DNA of 53,419 nt from Nitrospinota bacterium (GTDB lineage: Bacteria > Nitrospinota > Nitrospinia > Nitrospinales > VA-1), in the NCBI GenBank assembly GCA_038108555.1, contig JAYNIA010000012.1, forward strand, positions 1-53,419. Direction: 5' to 3'. Below the pieces are notes generated by a model. That model ran no database searches and was not told the origin of the DNA. It was given only the letters and a program-made list of their open reading frames with translations. Numbering within the stretch: the first letter of the stretch is position 1; each line of letters begins with the position of its first letter. The position numbers were made by a program, and so were the translations under genes. Below are positions 38,564-47,375 of this stretch, piece after piece.

Positions 38564-40156
38564 TCAGCCCTGGCTCGGGTTAATTCTTGTAATTTTAATT
38601 TCTTTGCAATTTTGGGTGGGTTTGGAAAAATCTGTAATTTGAATATAGTCAGGGAGGCGGGTGTTTTTATCTGTGATTGCCGACATGACCTGATCGCAGG
38701 TGAGGTTAATTACCTTATGGAGGTTTGCGCCTCTTAAGTTTGTCTGCTTGAGCAGAGCATTTGTAAGGTTGGATCCTATTAGGTCTGCTTGTTCGAGATC
38801 GGCGTTTTTTAAATTTGCATTTGAAAAATTTGTAAAACCAAGACGAGCACCCTTGAAATTTGCATGGGTAAATTTTCCATTTCTCAGGTCGGCTTTAAAC
38901 CCTCGGTCGTGGAGATGGATTCCAGAAAGATTTGCGCCGCTGAAATCTTTTTCTTTTCCATTCAGGAGGCTGATGCATTTTGAATCTGATATTTTTGGTA
39001 AGTAAATATAGTCAGGCAAATGCGTCGTTTTGTCTATGGTGGAAGATTTAATTTGTTCGCAGGTTAAATTATATGCTGTTTCAAAGTTTGCCCCTTTTAA
39101 ATTTGCCCTTTTCAGAGAGGCATTCGCAAAATCTGTGTAATAGAAATGGGATTTGGACAGATTGGCATCACTAAGATCTGCTCCTTTGAGATTACCTTTA
39201 TCCAGAAAAATTCCTTCCAGATTTGCTGCTTTTAAGTTTGCTCCTTTTCCTTTTAATAGATTGATGCATTTGAAACTGTCTTTTTGGTAAAAGACAGCAT
39301 AAATATAATCAGGAAATTTTGTGTTGTTGTCTGTCGTTGCCGAAAACAATTGTTCACAGGAAACATGGGTTACCTTGCTGAGATTAGCCCCAGTTAGGAT
39401 TGCCCCTTGGAGATCTGCATTGGCAAAATTTTCAGCCAGAAAATCAGCATTGACAAGATATGTATTTCTTAAGTCGAGGCCCTTTTCCTGAATTTCTTTT
39501 TTGCATTTGGGTGTGGGGCTGGTGGGCCCGGTAACTTCCATGTTTTCAGGAAAGAGGGTGTTTTCGTCAATGATGGCGGATGTCACCTGGCCACAGGTCA
39601 GGTTGAGAGCGCCGCTGAGATCGGCACCTCTAAGAATGGTACCGTGCAAATCAGTTCTGTAAAAATTTGAATGAATTAAATTTGCTTGATTGAGATTGGC
39701 GTTTTCCAGTCTGGCGAAGGCAAAATTGGTATTGCTTAGGTTTGCATTTCTTAGATTGGCCTTTTTTAAATATGCATTGAATAAGTTTCCGTTGCTGAGA
39801 TTAATTCCTTCAAGGTTGGCATGGTTCAAAACTGCATTGTCCAGCCCGCTTTTAATCAATTCCATCCTGCTTCGTATCAAGCGGTTGATGGGTTCGTGGG
39901 ATTCACGTTTTCCAAACAAAGAATTGAGCAGGGTGCGTGGGTCAGAGAAAACCGGTTTTGGTTTTCTCTTCATTTGTTGAATTTGTGCGATTTTGCGAAT
40001 ACCAGTTTTATTTTCGTTGGTAATTTTTGGCAATAAGGCATTAGCTCTTCTGGAAATAATATTTGTTTCGTTTATATGTACATAAAAGCTGGTGAGGAAA
40101 ATAAAAATATAAATACCTGAGATCCAGATTATAAATGTAAAAAAGCGCTTTGGCAT
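38564..40156 (-). CDS. Membrane-anchored pentapeptide-repeat protein with four Cys-paired modules
   Basis: 530 aa with an N-terminal TM and many A(D/N)Lxx repeats in four blocks, each capped by (L/V)(T/S)C.Q..S...D..T..P...C. Confidence 0.9.
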   Translation of the reverse strand: MPKRFFTFIIWISGIYIFIFLTSFYVHINETNIISRRANALLPKITNENKTGIRKIAQIQQMKRKPKPVFSDPRTLLNSLFGKRESHEPINRLIRSRMELIKSGLDNAVLNHANLEGINLSNGNLFNAYLKKANLRNANLSNTNFAFARLENANLNQANLIHSNFYRTDLHGTILRGADLSGALNLTCGQVTSAIIDENTLFPENMEVTGPTSPTPKCKKEIQEKGLDLRNTYLVNADFLAENFANADLQGAILTGANLSKVTHVSCEQLFSATTDNNTKFPDYIYAVFYQKDSFKCINLLKGKGANLKAANLEGIFLDKGNLKGADLSDANLSKSHFYYTDFANASLKRANLKGANFETAYNLTCEQIKSSTIDKTTHLPDYIYLPKISDSKCISLLNGKEKDFSGANLSGIHLHDRGFKADLRNGKFTHANFKGARLGFTNFSNANLKNADLEQADLIGSNLTNALLKQTNLRGANLHKVINLTCDQVMSAITDKNTRLPDYIQITDFSKPTQNCKEIKITRINPSQG

Positions 40157-40199
40157 TTGAGGTGGTCTTTGGGTATTTGGCTTTTAAAACAAGCCTTTT

Positions 40200-41462
40200 T
40201 TAAAATTTGTTTGCCAGGCCTGTTTGAATCTCTTCCCTTGAGGTAAGTAGTCCAAGATAGGAATGGAATAGCCAGTTTAAATGTGGATATTTCAAACTGT
40301 CAAAAGTAATTGAATGTATCAGAAAACCAACCAGTACAATCAATAGGAATCCAAGTTTCCTGTTTTCATTTTCATCGCGAAGCCCGGGAAATTGATGTTT
40401 GATTAAATATACCATTAAGCAGAAATAGGCCAGGGAGAATAGGGCTCCGGTTTCGCCGAGGAATGTTAATAACATATTGTCGAATACGTTTAAGTTCGTG
40501 ACCATATCATGAAAAGAATATTTTCCTTTTGCCGGAAAAATTTTTGTTTCGTAATCATCAGGGATAAACCGTGAAAGCGATGAGTTGAACCCTAATCCGA
40601 ATAAGGGTTTTTCTTTAAATACATCAAGTGCTATAGGGTAGAACTCCATTCGTACCAGCAACGTGTCTCTGTTTTGCATCCTGCTTTTATAACTGGCGGG
40701 AAATTGGTTTCCCAGTTGATAAACTGTTCCTCCTATCATCAGAGCGGCCAGGATAAAAAACACCATTCCTTTTCGATTAATAGTTGTCCAAAGGAGCAAC
40801 ATTCCAAAAATGGCAATCAAGGGGCCTCTTTGTCCTATAAAAATAGTTACTAAAACTCCAAGAGCCAGGCTTAAAATTAAAGGGATTTTTATCCAGCTTG
40901 AATTGTTTTTGCTTAAAAGCGAAAGTGGTCCAAAGGAAAGCAGGATTAATAAGGACCCGGCTGGAATTGGATTGGATGAGAATAAGAGGATTCGCTTCGT
41001 AGAGATTTCAGATTGTTGATAAATCTCAAAAAGGCCATATAGGACAAGAATGAAAAAGCAAAGGGTGCATAATAGGGAAAAATTTTTTCTGTTTTTTTCG
41101 GATTGAAACAAAAAATAAGTGGCTAGAAACGTCAATATGCCAGACATCAGAAAAAGGCCCATCCCCTTGAAGGATTGCCAGATGTTCTCGCTGTAGCAAA
41201 TGTTTAAAACTCCAAGAAAAAGTATGAGTAATACAAACTTGATTTCAGCAGGCCATTTTTCACTTTTGACCAGTGTGGAAAACTCCCTTCCCAGAATCAA
41301 AAGCAGGGTGGCCAGGCAGGTAAAGGAAATCACTGCTTGCGCCCAGTGGTTGGGCCAGTTCTGAATGGCATAAACGGACCCAAATACCATGAATATTGTG
41401 GATAAAAAATAGGCAACAAAAGGATGATCTTTTGCTGCCTTGGGAATATCGGGGGTTGTCAT
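40200..41462 (-). CDS. O-antigen ligase family (WaaL/Wzy_C) membrane protein
   Basis: 420 aa with about 12 TM segments: SNPIPAG, GQRGPL, R.EFY..A...F.EKPLFGLG, DNMLL..LGETG. Confidence 0.8.
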   Translation of the reverse strand: MTTPDIPKAAKDHPFVAYFLSTIFMVFGSVYAIQNWPNHWAQAVISFTCLATLLLILGREFSTLVKSEKWPAEIKFVLLILFLGVLNICYSENIWQSFKGMGLFLMSGILTFLATYFLFQSEKNRKNFSLLCTLCFFILVLYGLFEIYQQSEISTKRILLFSSNPIPAGSLLILLSFGPLSLLSKNNSSWIKIPLILSLALGVLVTIFIGQRGPLIAIFGMLLLWTTINRKGMVFFILAALMIGGTVYQLGNQFPASYKSRMQNRDTLLVRMEFYPIALDVFKEKPLFGLGFNSSLSRFIPDDYETKIFPAKGKYSFHDMVTNLNVFDNMLLTFLGETGALFSLAYFCLMVYLIKHQFPGLRDENENRKLGFLLIVLVGFLIHSITFDSLKYPHLNWLFHSYLGLLTSREEIQTGLANKF

Positions 41463-41716
41463 GGTATGGCTTCTGGGGGTTATGGTCAGGATTCTATTTC
41501 CTGCGGTTATTCAGGCCGGAACAAGCAAATAATAATAAAGAAAATTTCCGAGTTTGCCGTTTAGGAGAAGAGGGATAATTGCATTTGGTTAGAAGCATTT
41601 AGCCTGCTTTTGCACGCATTTTTATTTTATCTAAATGGTATGATGAATGTCAATGATGCGGCTGATTAAATCTGCATGGTTTTGAGTCTGAATTTTTAAA
41701 TTCAAGCGAATATTAA

Positions 41717-42781
41717 ATGTATTTCAAAACGGCTCTCAAAAATTATCCAAATGCTTACCAGTTAGCCCAACGGGTTTATCCATATTTTAGTCTTATGATG
41801 GGAGCCCTGCGTGGTAGAAGGGGCTGGCAGGATCATATGCGGTCAACCTGGTCGATGCTTCGCCGGGACACAGTATTAAAAGGCCGGCCGATGAATATAA
41901 CGGTGGAGCCTACCAACCTTTGTAATCTTTACTGTCCAATTTGTGAAACGGGTGCCGGTATTCTTGGTCGAAAAGAAGGGCATATGACCTTTGAGCAATT
42001 CAAGATAATTTTTGACAAGTTAGGAGAGCATACCAATACATTAATGTTTTATTTTATGGGCGAACCTTTCCTCAACCCCGAATCGTATAAAATGATCCGT
42101 TACGCCAAGGATATTGGCATCCCATTCGTTACTACCTGTACCAATGGAGATCCTGTGAACGCTGAAAAATTGATTGAATGTGGTTTGGATGAGATTAATT
42201 TTCAAATTGGTGGGATGACCCAGGAAACTCATGAGATCTATCGGGTGAATAGTAATCTCGAGCGGGTCCTGGTAGCCTTGAAGGACACGATTCGATTGAA
42301 GCGGCTTCGAAAATCAAAGATACGTATTTTATGCGGGTTTATTGTGATGAAACATAATGAACACGAGATAGAAGAGTTTAAGAATAAGATGGCTGAACTG
42401 GGGGTTGACGATATTACGATAATTGATGCTTGCGTGCGTGATATTGAACAGGCGGAGAAGTTTCTCCCAAAAGATAGACGTTACTGGTCTTATGATTTTA
42501 ATGCGTTGGCTGAAGAGGGTGTTCTCAGGCCCAAGTTCCAACCCATAAACAAATGTGATTGGATAAATTATTCGCTCAGCATTCATGTGAATGGCGATGT
42601 TGTCCCCTGCTGTAGGGATCCCAAAGGCGAAGAAGTGATGGGGAATTTGTTGTCACAAGACTTAGACGAAGTTTGGAATGGCGATCGTTATGTGGCTTTT
42701 CGAAAAAAACTTTATAAAGACCAAAGCCAGATTAACATTTGCAGATTATGTTCGAGTTATCCGGTGAGCAAAATTCAATAA
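41717..42781 (+). CDS. Radical SAM protein with SPASM/twitch domain
   Basis: 354 aa: EPTNLCNLYCPIC, MGEPFL, TNG, and C-terminal C...GDVVPCCRD...GNL...EVWNG...CRLC. Confidence 0.9.
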   Translation: MYFKTALKNYPNAYQLAQRVYPYFSLMMGALRGRRGWQDHMRSTWSMLRRDTVLKGRPMNITVEPTNLCNLYCPICETGAGILGRKEGHMTFEQFKIIFDKLGEHTNTLMFYFMGEPFLNPESYKMIRYAKDIGIPFVTTCTNGDPVNAEKLIECGLDEINFQIGGMTQETHEIYRVNSNLERVLVALKDTIRLKRLRKSKIRILCGFIVMKHNEHEIEEFKNKMAELGVDDITIIDACVRDIEQAEKFLPKDRRYWSYDFNALAEEGVLRPKFQPINKCDWINYSLSIHVNGDVVPCCRDPKGEEVMGNLLSQDLDEVWNGDRYVAFRKKLYKDQSQINICRLCSSYPVSKIQ

Positions 42782-43038
42782 ATTGAAAAACGGATAAAGG
42801 GATTATTGAAAATTTAAAAGAGCAATCTGTTTTATATGCCGGATTGTTAACTTATGCCAAACATAATTCATATGGAATAATGATGGATTTATAGTAACCT
42901 GTTATTAGTAGTTTTCAGGCTTGTTGGTGCAAAATAAAAAGCAAAACGCAGAGTCTCCTGAAACTTATTTTTCAAGTGATTCCTTCCAATGATTCATATC
43001 TCAGGCAAGCAAAGCAAACCCGACACCCCTAATTAAAA

Positions 43039-44931
43039 ATGACATCCTATAAAAATAATCTTAAGGTTGCATTTTTGTTTGCGTTTGATGCTTGTCTCGC
43101 TATCGTTTCTTTGTATTTGGCTTTTTTGCTCCGGTTTGATTTCGATATTCCCGAAAATGATATCAAGCTATTTTCAAGTTTACCCCCTCTGATCATTTTC
43201 TGTAGATTAAGCTCTTATTATTTTTTCAGTTTTTATTCTCGGCTCTGGAAGTACTCCACTTTGGAAGACCTGATAGTTATTATTAAGGCCGTGAGTGTTG
43301 GGTCTATCCTGATTTTTTCAAGTACCTTTTTTTATGAAGGTTTTATATCAATACCTCAGGAGTACTTTCGTTTTTTCCTGATCCCTCGAACGGTTCTTAT
43401 CATTGATTGGTTCCTCCTTATAATCATGATCGGGGGATCTCGTCTGTTTTGGAGGATGTGGAGTGAAAAGAGGCAACATGAAGATGTTTCCCGGGAAATT
43501 CCCAAAAAACGTGCCTTAATTTATGGTGCCGGAGACAAAGGGGTTTATTTTTTTAAGCATTTACGTTCCGGGTCACCCGAGTACCTGGTGGCAGGGTTCA
43601 TTGACGACTCCCCTTCCAAAAAAAACAGTTCCATTATGGGTGTTAAAGTTTTAGGGGGTAAGCGGGATCTCATCCGGATCGTAAAGGAAATGGAGATTGA
43701 TGAAATATTGATTTCCATAAACAATATTTCTTCCGAACGATTGAGTGAAATTATTGACCGGTGCAATAAAACCTCGGCCAATTTCAAAATGGTTGCGTCC
43801 ACCATTGACAGTTCCAATCAGGAAAGGGTGGTTTCCCGCATCAAAAATATTGAAATCAGCGACCTGTTGCAAAGAGAAGAAGTGGTATTAGATTTGTCGT
43901 TAATCAAACAAACCATAAAAGGGAAAAGGGTACTTGTTACAGGTGCCGGAGGGTCCATAGGAAGCGAACTATGCCGGCAAATTTTGGAATACGAACCCTC
44001 CTCCATAGTTATGGTGGATATTGGCGAAAATTATCTTTATGAGTTAAAAATGTTTTTAGGTGTGGGCGCTCCAAATTGTGAAAAGCATTTTATATTTGGA
44101 TCTGTTACGAATGAGGCCAAAATGGAGGGGATATTTCTACACCATCGGCCTCAATTGGTATTTCATGCAGCGGCCCATAAGCATGTTCCCATCATGGAAG
44201 ACAATATTGAAGCAGCAATTGTAAATAATATTTTGGGCACTAAAACTACTGCAGATCTTTCCGGTAAATATGATGTTGAAAATTTTATTTTAATATCTAC
44301 AGACAAGGTGGTGAACCCCACCAGTATTATGGGGGCCACTAAAAATATTGCTGAAAAGTACATCCAGTCAATTTCTAGGGAAATTAAAACCACATTTATC
44401 ACCGTTCGTTTTGGTAATGTTTTGGGAAGCAATGGAAGTGTTGTGCCCCTTTTTCAAAAGCAAATCCAGCAAGGCGGACCGGTAACAATAACCCATCCGG
44501 AAATGACCCGTTTCTTTATGCTTATCCCGGAGGCGGTTCAGCTCATTCTTCAGGCCATTACCATAGGTTCCCAAAGGGAAGTGTTTTTGCTGGATATGGG
44601 AAAACCGGTGAGAATTGCGGATCTGGCGGAAAATATGATTAAGTTGGCTGGTTATGTGCCGGGTAGGGATATCGAAATGGAATTCACAGGAATTCGCCCA
44701 GGTGAGAAGCTTCATGAGGAATTGACCAATGATCAGGAAGGCCTTGTTGAAACGGGACATAAAAAGATTTCTTTAGTTAAATCTCAATTTGTACTCGAAC
44801 CCGATTTCGGCCTCAAACTCGATGCCTTACTTTCCAGCGCAAATTCTGAAGACCCTGATAAATTAAAACTTCAATTAATGCAATTAGCCTCAAATCATCA
44901 GCATCCTGAGAAAACGAAAAGCACCATTTAG
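43039..44931 (+). CDS. Membrane-bound NDP-sugar 4,6-dehydratase (PglF/WbpM/CapD family)
   Basis: 630 aa: four N-terminal TM segments, IYGAG, VTGAGGSIGSELCRQ, HAAAHKHVP, ISTDKVVNPTSIMGATK, VRFGNVLGS, GIRPGEKLHEEL. Confidence 0.93.
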   Translation: MTSYKNNLKVAFLFAFDACLAIVSLYLAFLLRFDFDIPENDIKLFSSLPPLIIFCRLSSYYFFSFYSRLWKYSTLEDLIVIIKAVSVGSILIFSSTFFYEGFISIPQEYFRFFLIPRTVLIIDWFLLIIMIGGSRLFWRMWSEKRQHEDVSREIPKKRALIYGAGDKGVYFFKHLRSGSPEYLVAGFIDDSPSKKNSSIMGVKVLGGKRDLIRIVKEMEIDEILISINNISSERLSEIIDRCNKTSANFKMVASTIDSSNQERVVSRIKNIEISDLLQREEVVLDLSLIKQTIKGKRVLVTGAGGSIGSELCRQILEYEPSSIVMVDIGENYLYELKMFLGVGAPNCEKHFIFGSVTNEAKMEGIFLHHRPQLVFHAAAHKHVPIMEDNIEAAIVNNILGTKTTADLSGKYDVENFILISTDKVVNPTSIMGATKNIAEKYIQSISREIKTTFITVRFGNVLGSNGSVVPLFQKQIQQGGPVTITHPEMTRFFMLIPEAVQLILQAITIGSQREVFLLDMGKPVRIADLAENMIKLAGYVPGRDIEMEFTGIRPGEKLHEELTNDQEGLVETGHKKISLVKSQFVLEPDFGLKLDALLSSANSEDPDKLKLQLMQLASNHQHPEKTKSTI

Positions 44932-45060
44932 TGTTTTCACCTTTTTAGGCCTACCTTCTAATAAAATAGTGCTTTAGGACTATTTAAATTTAACCGTTTA
45001 GAATATTTGGGGTTTGATAGATTCAATGTTTTGTACAAGGTGAAAAAGAGTATTGGGTTT

Positions 45061-47319
45061 ATGGAAAAAGCTTTGAAATTGATTCCAGGTGTATTTTTAC
45101 TGGGGTGTGTTTTTATGATCCCCTCAGGAATTTCAGCTAATTTTGACGGTTTGCCATGGGTGAGCGGTCCGGAGACTATCGCGTTATCTGTTGTTGTTCC
45201 CTTATTAATGGTTCTGGGTTGGCGGTTTCTCACAGAAAAAATAGCCGTGTTGTTTCTGGGAGCGTTGTTGGTCTTTAGGGTGATTTTATTTGCTGGAAGC
45301 CCGGATGGCGGGTGGTTGGTAAAAATGTATCCAAATACCACTCCAGAACAATTATCCCAACTTACCTGGTCCCAAATGCCAGAAGATGGTAGCTGGATTA
45401 AGACTTATGCCACCTCCTGGAATCCGCAGGCCTCCGGCGTTCTAAAAAAGCCCTGGTTGGAAAAACTAAACTTTCCGCTTGATTGGGTATTGCCAAGCGT
45501 AAGCCCTTGCGAGCCAAATACAAAATATTGTTTTGATGATTTGAATCCTGTTGTTGAAATTAATGGATCAATATTGCTTCCCGAGAATCAAAAGTTTTCC
45601 GTAATTGCTGAAGGCATTCAAGAGGGAAGTTTGCGGTTTACCAATGACAAGAATGAGAGTTTCATTTTAGTTCCTGCAAAAAACGTAGATGAGACAGGTC
45701 TGGAGCAGTACCAACTTCAGAAAGGGGGAGTCTGGCAGGTATCAGGAAAGCTGACCTATAAAGGGCTTCATTGGTCGCTTATTCCAACACTTGTTCCAGA
45801 TACAGGAGAACCTACTTCCGAGTTAGGCAGGGATGTTCTTTGGCAAAATGGTCCAGAATTGATGGAGAAAAAAAATAGTATTGGGTTCTATAAATTGCTC
45901 AGTTATTTCATTGATTTTGGGATTTTCCTTTTCTTATTTATTTGGGCCATTTGGACGGCACGCGGATTGGTGAAAGAAGAAGTGCTGACTCTTCCTCTGG
46001 CTCTCTTTAGCCTCATGGCTGTGTTCATTTCTTCTGTTGTAGGGCCCATAGTAAAAAGTATTCTCAGACAAATAAGCTTGCGTGATCCCACCAACGTCTC
46101 TCACCTTGGATTTTCAGTCATTGTTGTAAGCATAGGTTTTGTTTGCTGGGTTATTTGGAAACAGGATTACAGAAATTTCCAACCAGAGCGAATTACAAAA
46201 TCGGTGTTTTTGTTTTACGGGATCGCCATGTTTTCATTTTTTACCCATGTTTGGCGTCACACCCTGGGGAAGTGGACATTATGGACCCCCGGTGATGATT
46301 GGACGTCTTATCAGGATTTCGCACGAAGATTAATTGTCGGAAGTGAATGGGTTTATTCGGGGACATTTAAAAAAATCACCGTAGGGGGACCCTTTCTAAA
46401 TGCAGGAGAGGGTATTTTTGTAATGCAACCCCTTTATAGATATTTTGTCGGCTTTTATCATTGGCTATTCGGTCAAAGTGTTTTCGCCCAGGACATGGCA
46501 GATGTCTGGTGCATTTTGGGTGGGCTCACTCTAATCGCCAGTTTTATAAACCGGTTTAATTTACCAACCGGCATCGCATTTGTTGCCAGCACCATTTATT
46601 TAATTATAAACCTGATGGGTTCCTATAGATATCATATTGGAAATGGCCTTGTGGAAAACCACGCCATGGTTTTTATGATGTTGGCTGCATGGTTCCTTTT
46701 CCGAAGCCGCGAAGGAGGGATGTACCAAATATTTCTGGCAACCCTCTTTGGAATATTTGGCTATTGGATGCGTCAGGACCATTTGGGTGCCATTGCCGGA
46801 TTAGCTTTTTTAGTTCTGGAACCGGTAGGACCCTTGACCGCAGGATGGAAAGGATATTGGGAACGATTTTTATTGAATTGGAAAAAAATTGCCTTGTACT
46901 GGGGAGGAGGAATTCTAAGCGTCCTTTTAATATGCTATCGAAACTGGTATCTGGGAGGCTCTTTTTATCCGACGGATAAAAGTCATCCAAATTTCATAGG
47001 AGATTTTGAAAGAGGCAAGTTTTATTTGATCTTAACAGGCAATGAATGGCCTACATTTCCATCGATCTCGGGGATTTTAGTGACTCTCGGGGTTTTCCTG
47101 GCATTGTTCGCATTGGTCTGGCGCCCCAAATTTCTTTCAAATTTTCCTCTCAGTCTGGGAGTCATTTTTGCAGGATTATTATCCCCCTATTTTTTCCTTT
47201 GGACGGGTGGATATGCACCGCGTTTTAGTATCCATATTTTACCTTTATCGATTTTGTCATTGGCAATCCTTTCAAGTTACCTGTATAGGTTTATGCCATT
47301 CCTATCCCGATTTAGATGA
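45061..47319 (+). CDS. Large polytopic membrane protein, GT-C-like (paralogue 1)
   Basis: About 750 aa (start moved to ATG 45061): three TM segments, a ~200-aa soluble domain, then many TM segments with the acidic loop motif GDDWTSYQDFAR and MQPLYRY. Confidence 0.65.
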   Translation: MEKALKLIPGVFLLGCVFMIPSGISANFDGLPWVSGPETIALSVVVPLLMVLGWRFLTEKIAVLFLGALLVFRVILFAGSPDGGWLVKMYPNTTPEQLSQLTWSQMPEDGSWIKTYATSWNPQASGVLKKPWLEKLNFPLDWVLPSVSPCEPNTKYCFDDLNPVVEINGSILLPENQKFSVIAEGIQEGSLRFTNDKNESFILVPAKNVDETGLEQYQLQKGGVWQVSGKLTYKGLHWSLIPTLVPDTGEPTSELGRDVLWQNGPELMEKKNSIGFYKLLSYFIDFGIFLFLFIWAIWTARGLVKEEVLTLPLALFSLMAVFISSVVGPIVKSILRQISLRDPTNVSHLGFSVIVVSIGFVCWVIWKQDYRNFQPERITKSVFLFYGIAMFSFFTHVWRHTLGKWTLWTPGDDWTSYQDFARRLIVGSEWVYSGTFKKITVGGPFLNAGEGIFVMQPLYRYFVGFYHWLFGQSVFAQDMADVWCILGGLTLIASFINRFNLPTGIAFVASTIYLIINLMGSYRYHIGNGLVENHAMVFMMLAAWFLFRSREGGMYQIFLATLFGIFGYWMRQDHLGAIAGLAFLVLEPVGPLTAGWKGYWERFLLNWKKIALYWGGGILSVLLICYRNWYLGGSFYPTDKSHPNFIGDFERGKFYLILTGNEWPTFPSISGILVTLGVFLALFALVWRPKFLSNFPLSLGVIFAGLLSPYFFLWTGGYAPRFSIHILPLSILSLAILSSYLYRFMPFLSRFR
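46942..46997 (+). repeat. 56-bp direct repeat shared by the two GT-C-like paralogues (copy 1)
   Basis: 55 of 56 positions are identical to 49278-49333. Confidence 0.85.
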
Positions 47320-47375
47320 TTCCACTTTTCCTGGAACCCTTATATCTTAAATCAAAGCTAAGGATACGGGGTGAA

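Noticed and set aside
38564..40156. Pentapeptide protein as a Qnr/MfpA quinolone-resistance factor
   Set aside because: An N-terminal TM anchor, 530-aa length and paired cysteines indicate an extracytoplasmic protein, unlike the short cytoplasmic gyrase protectors.
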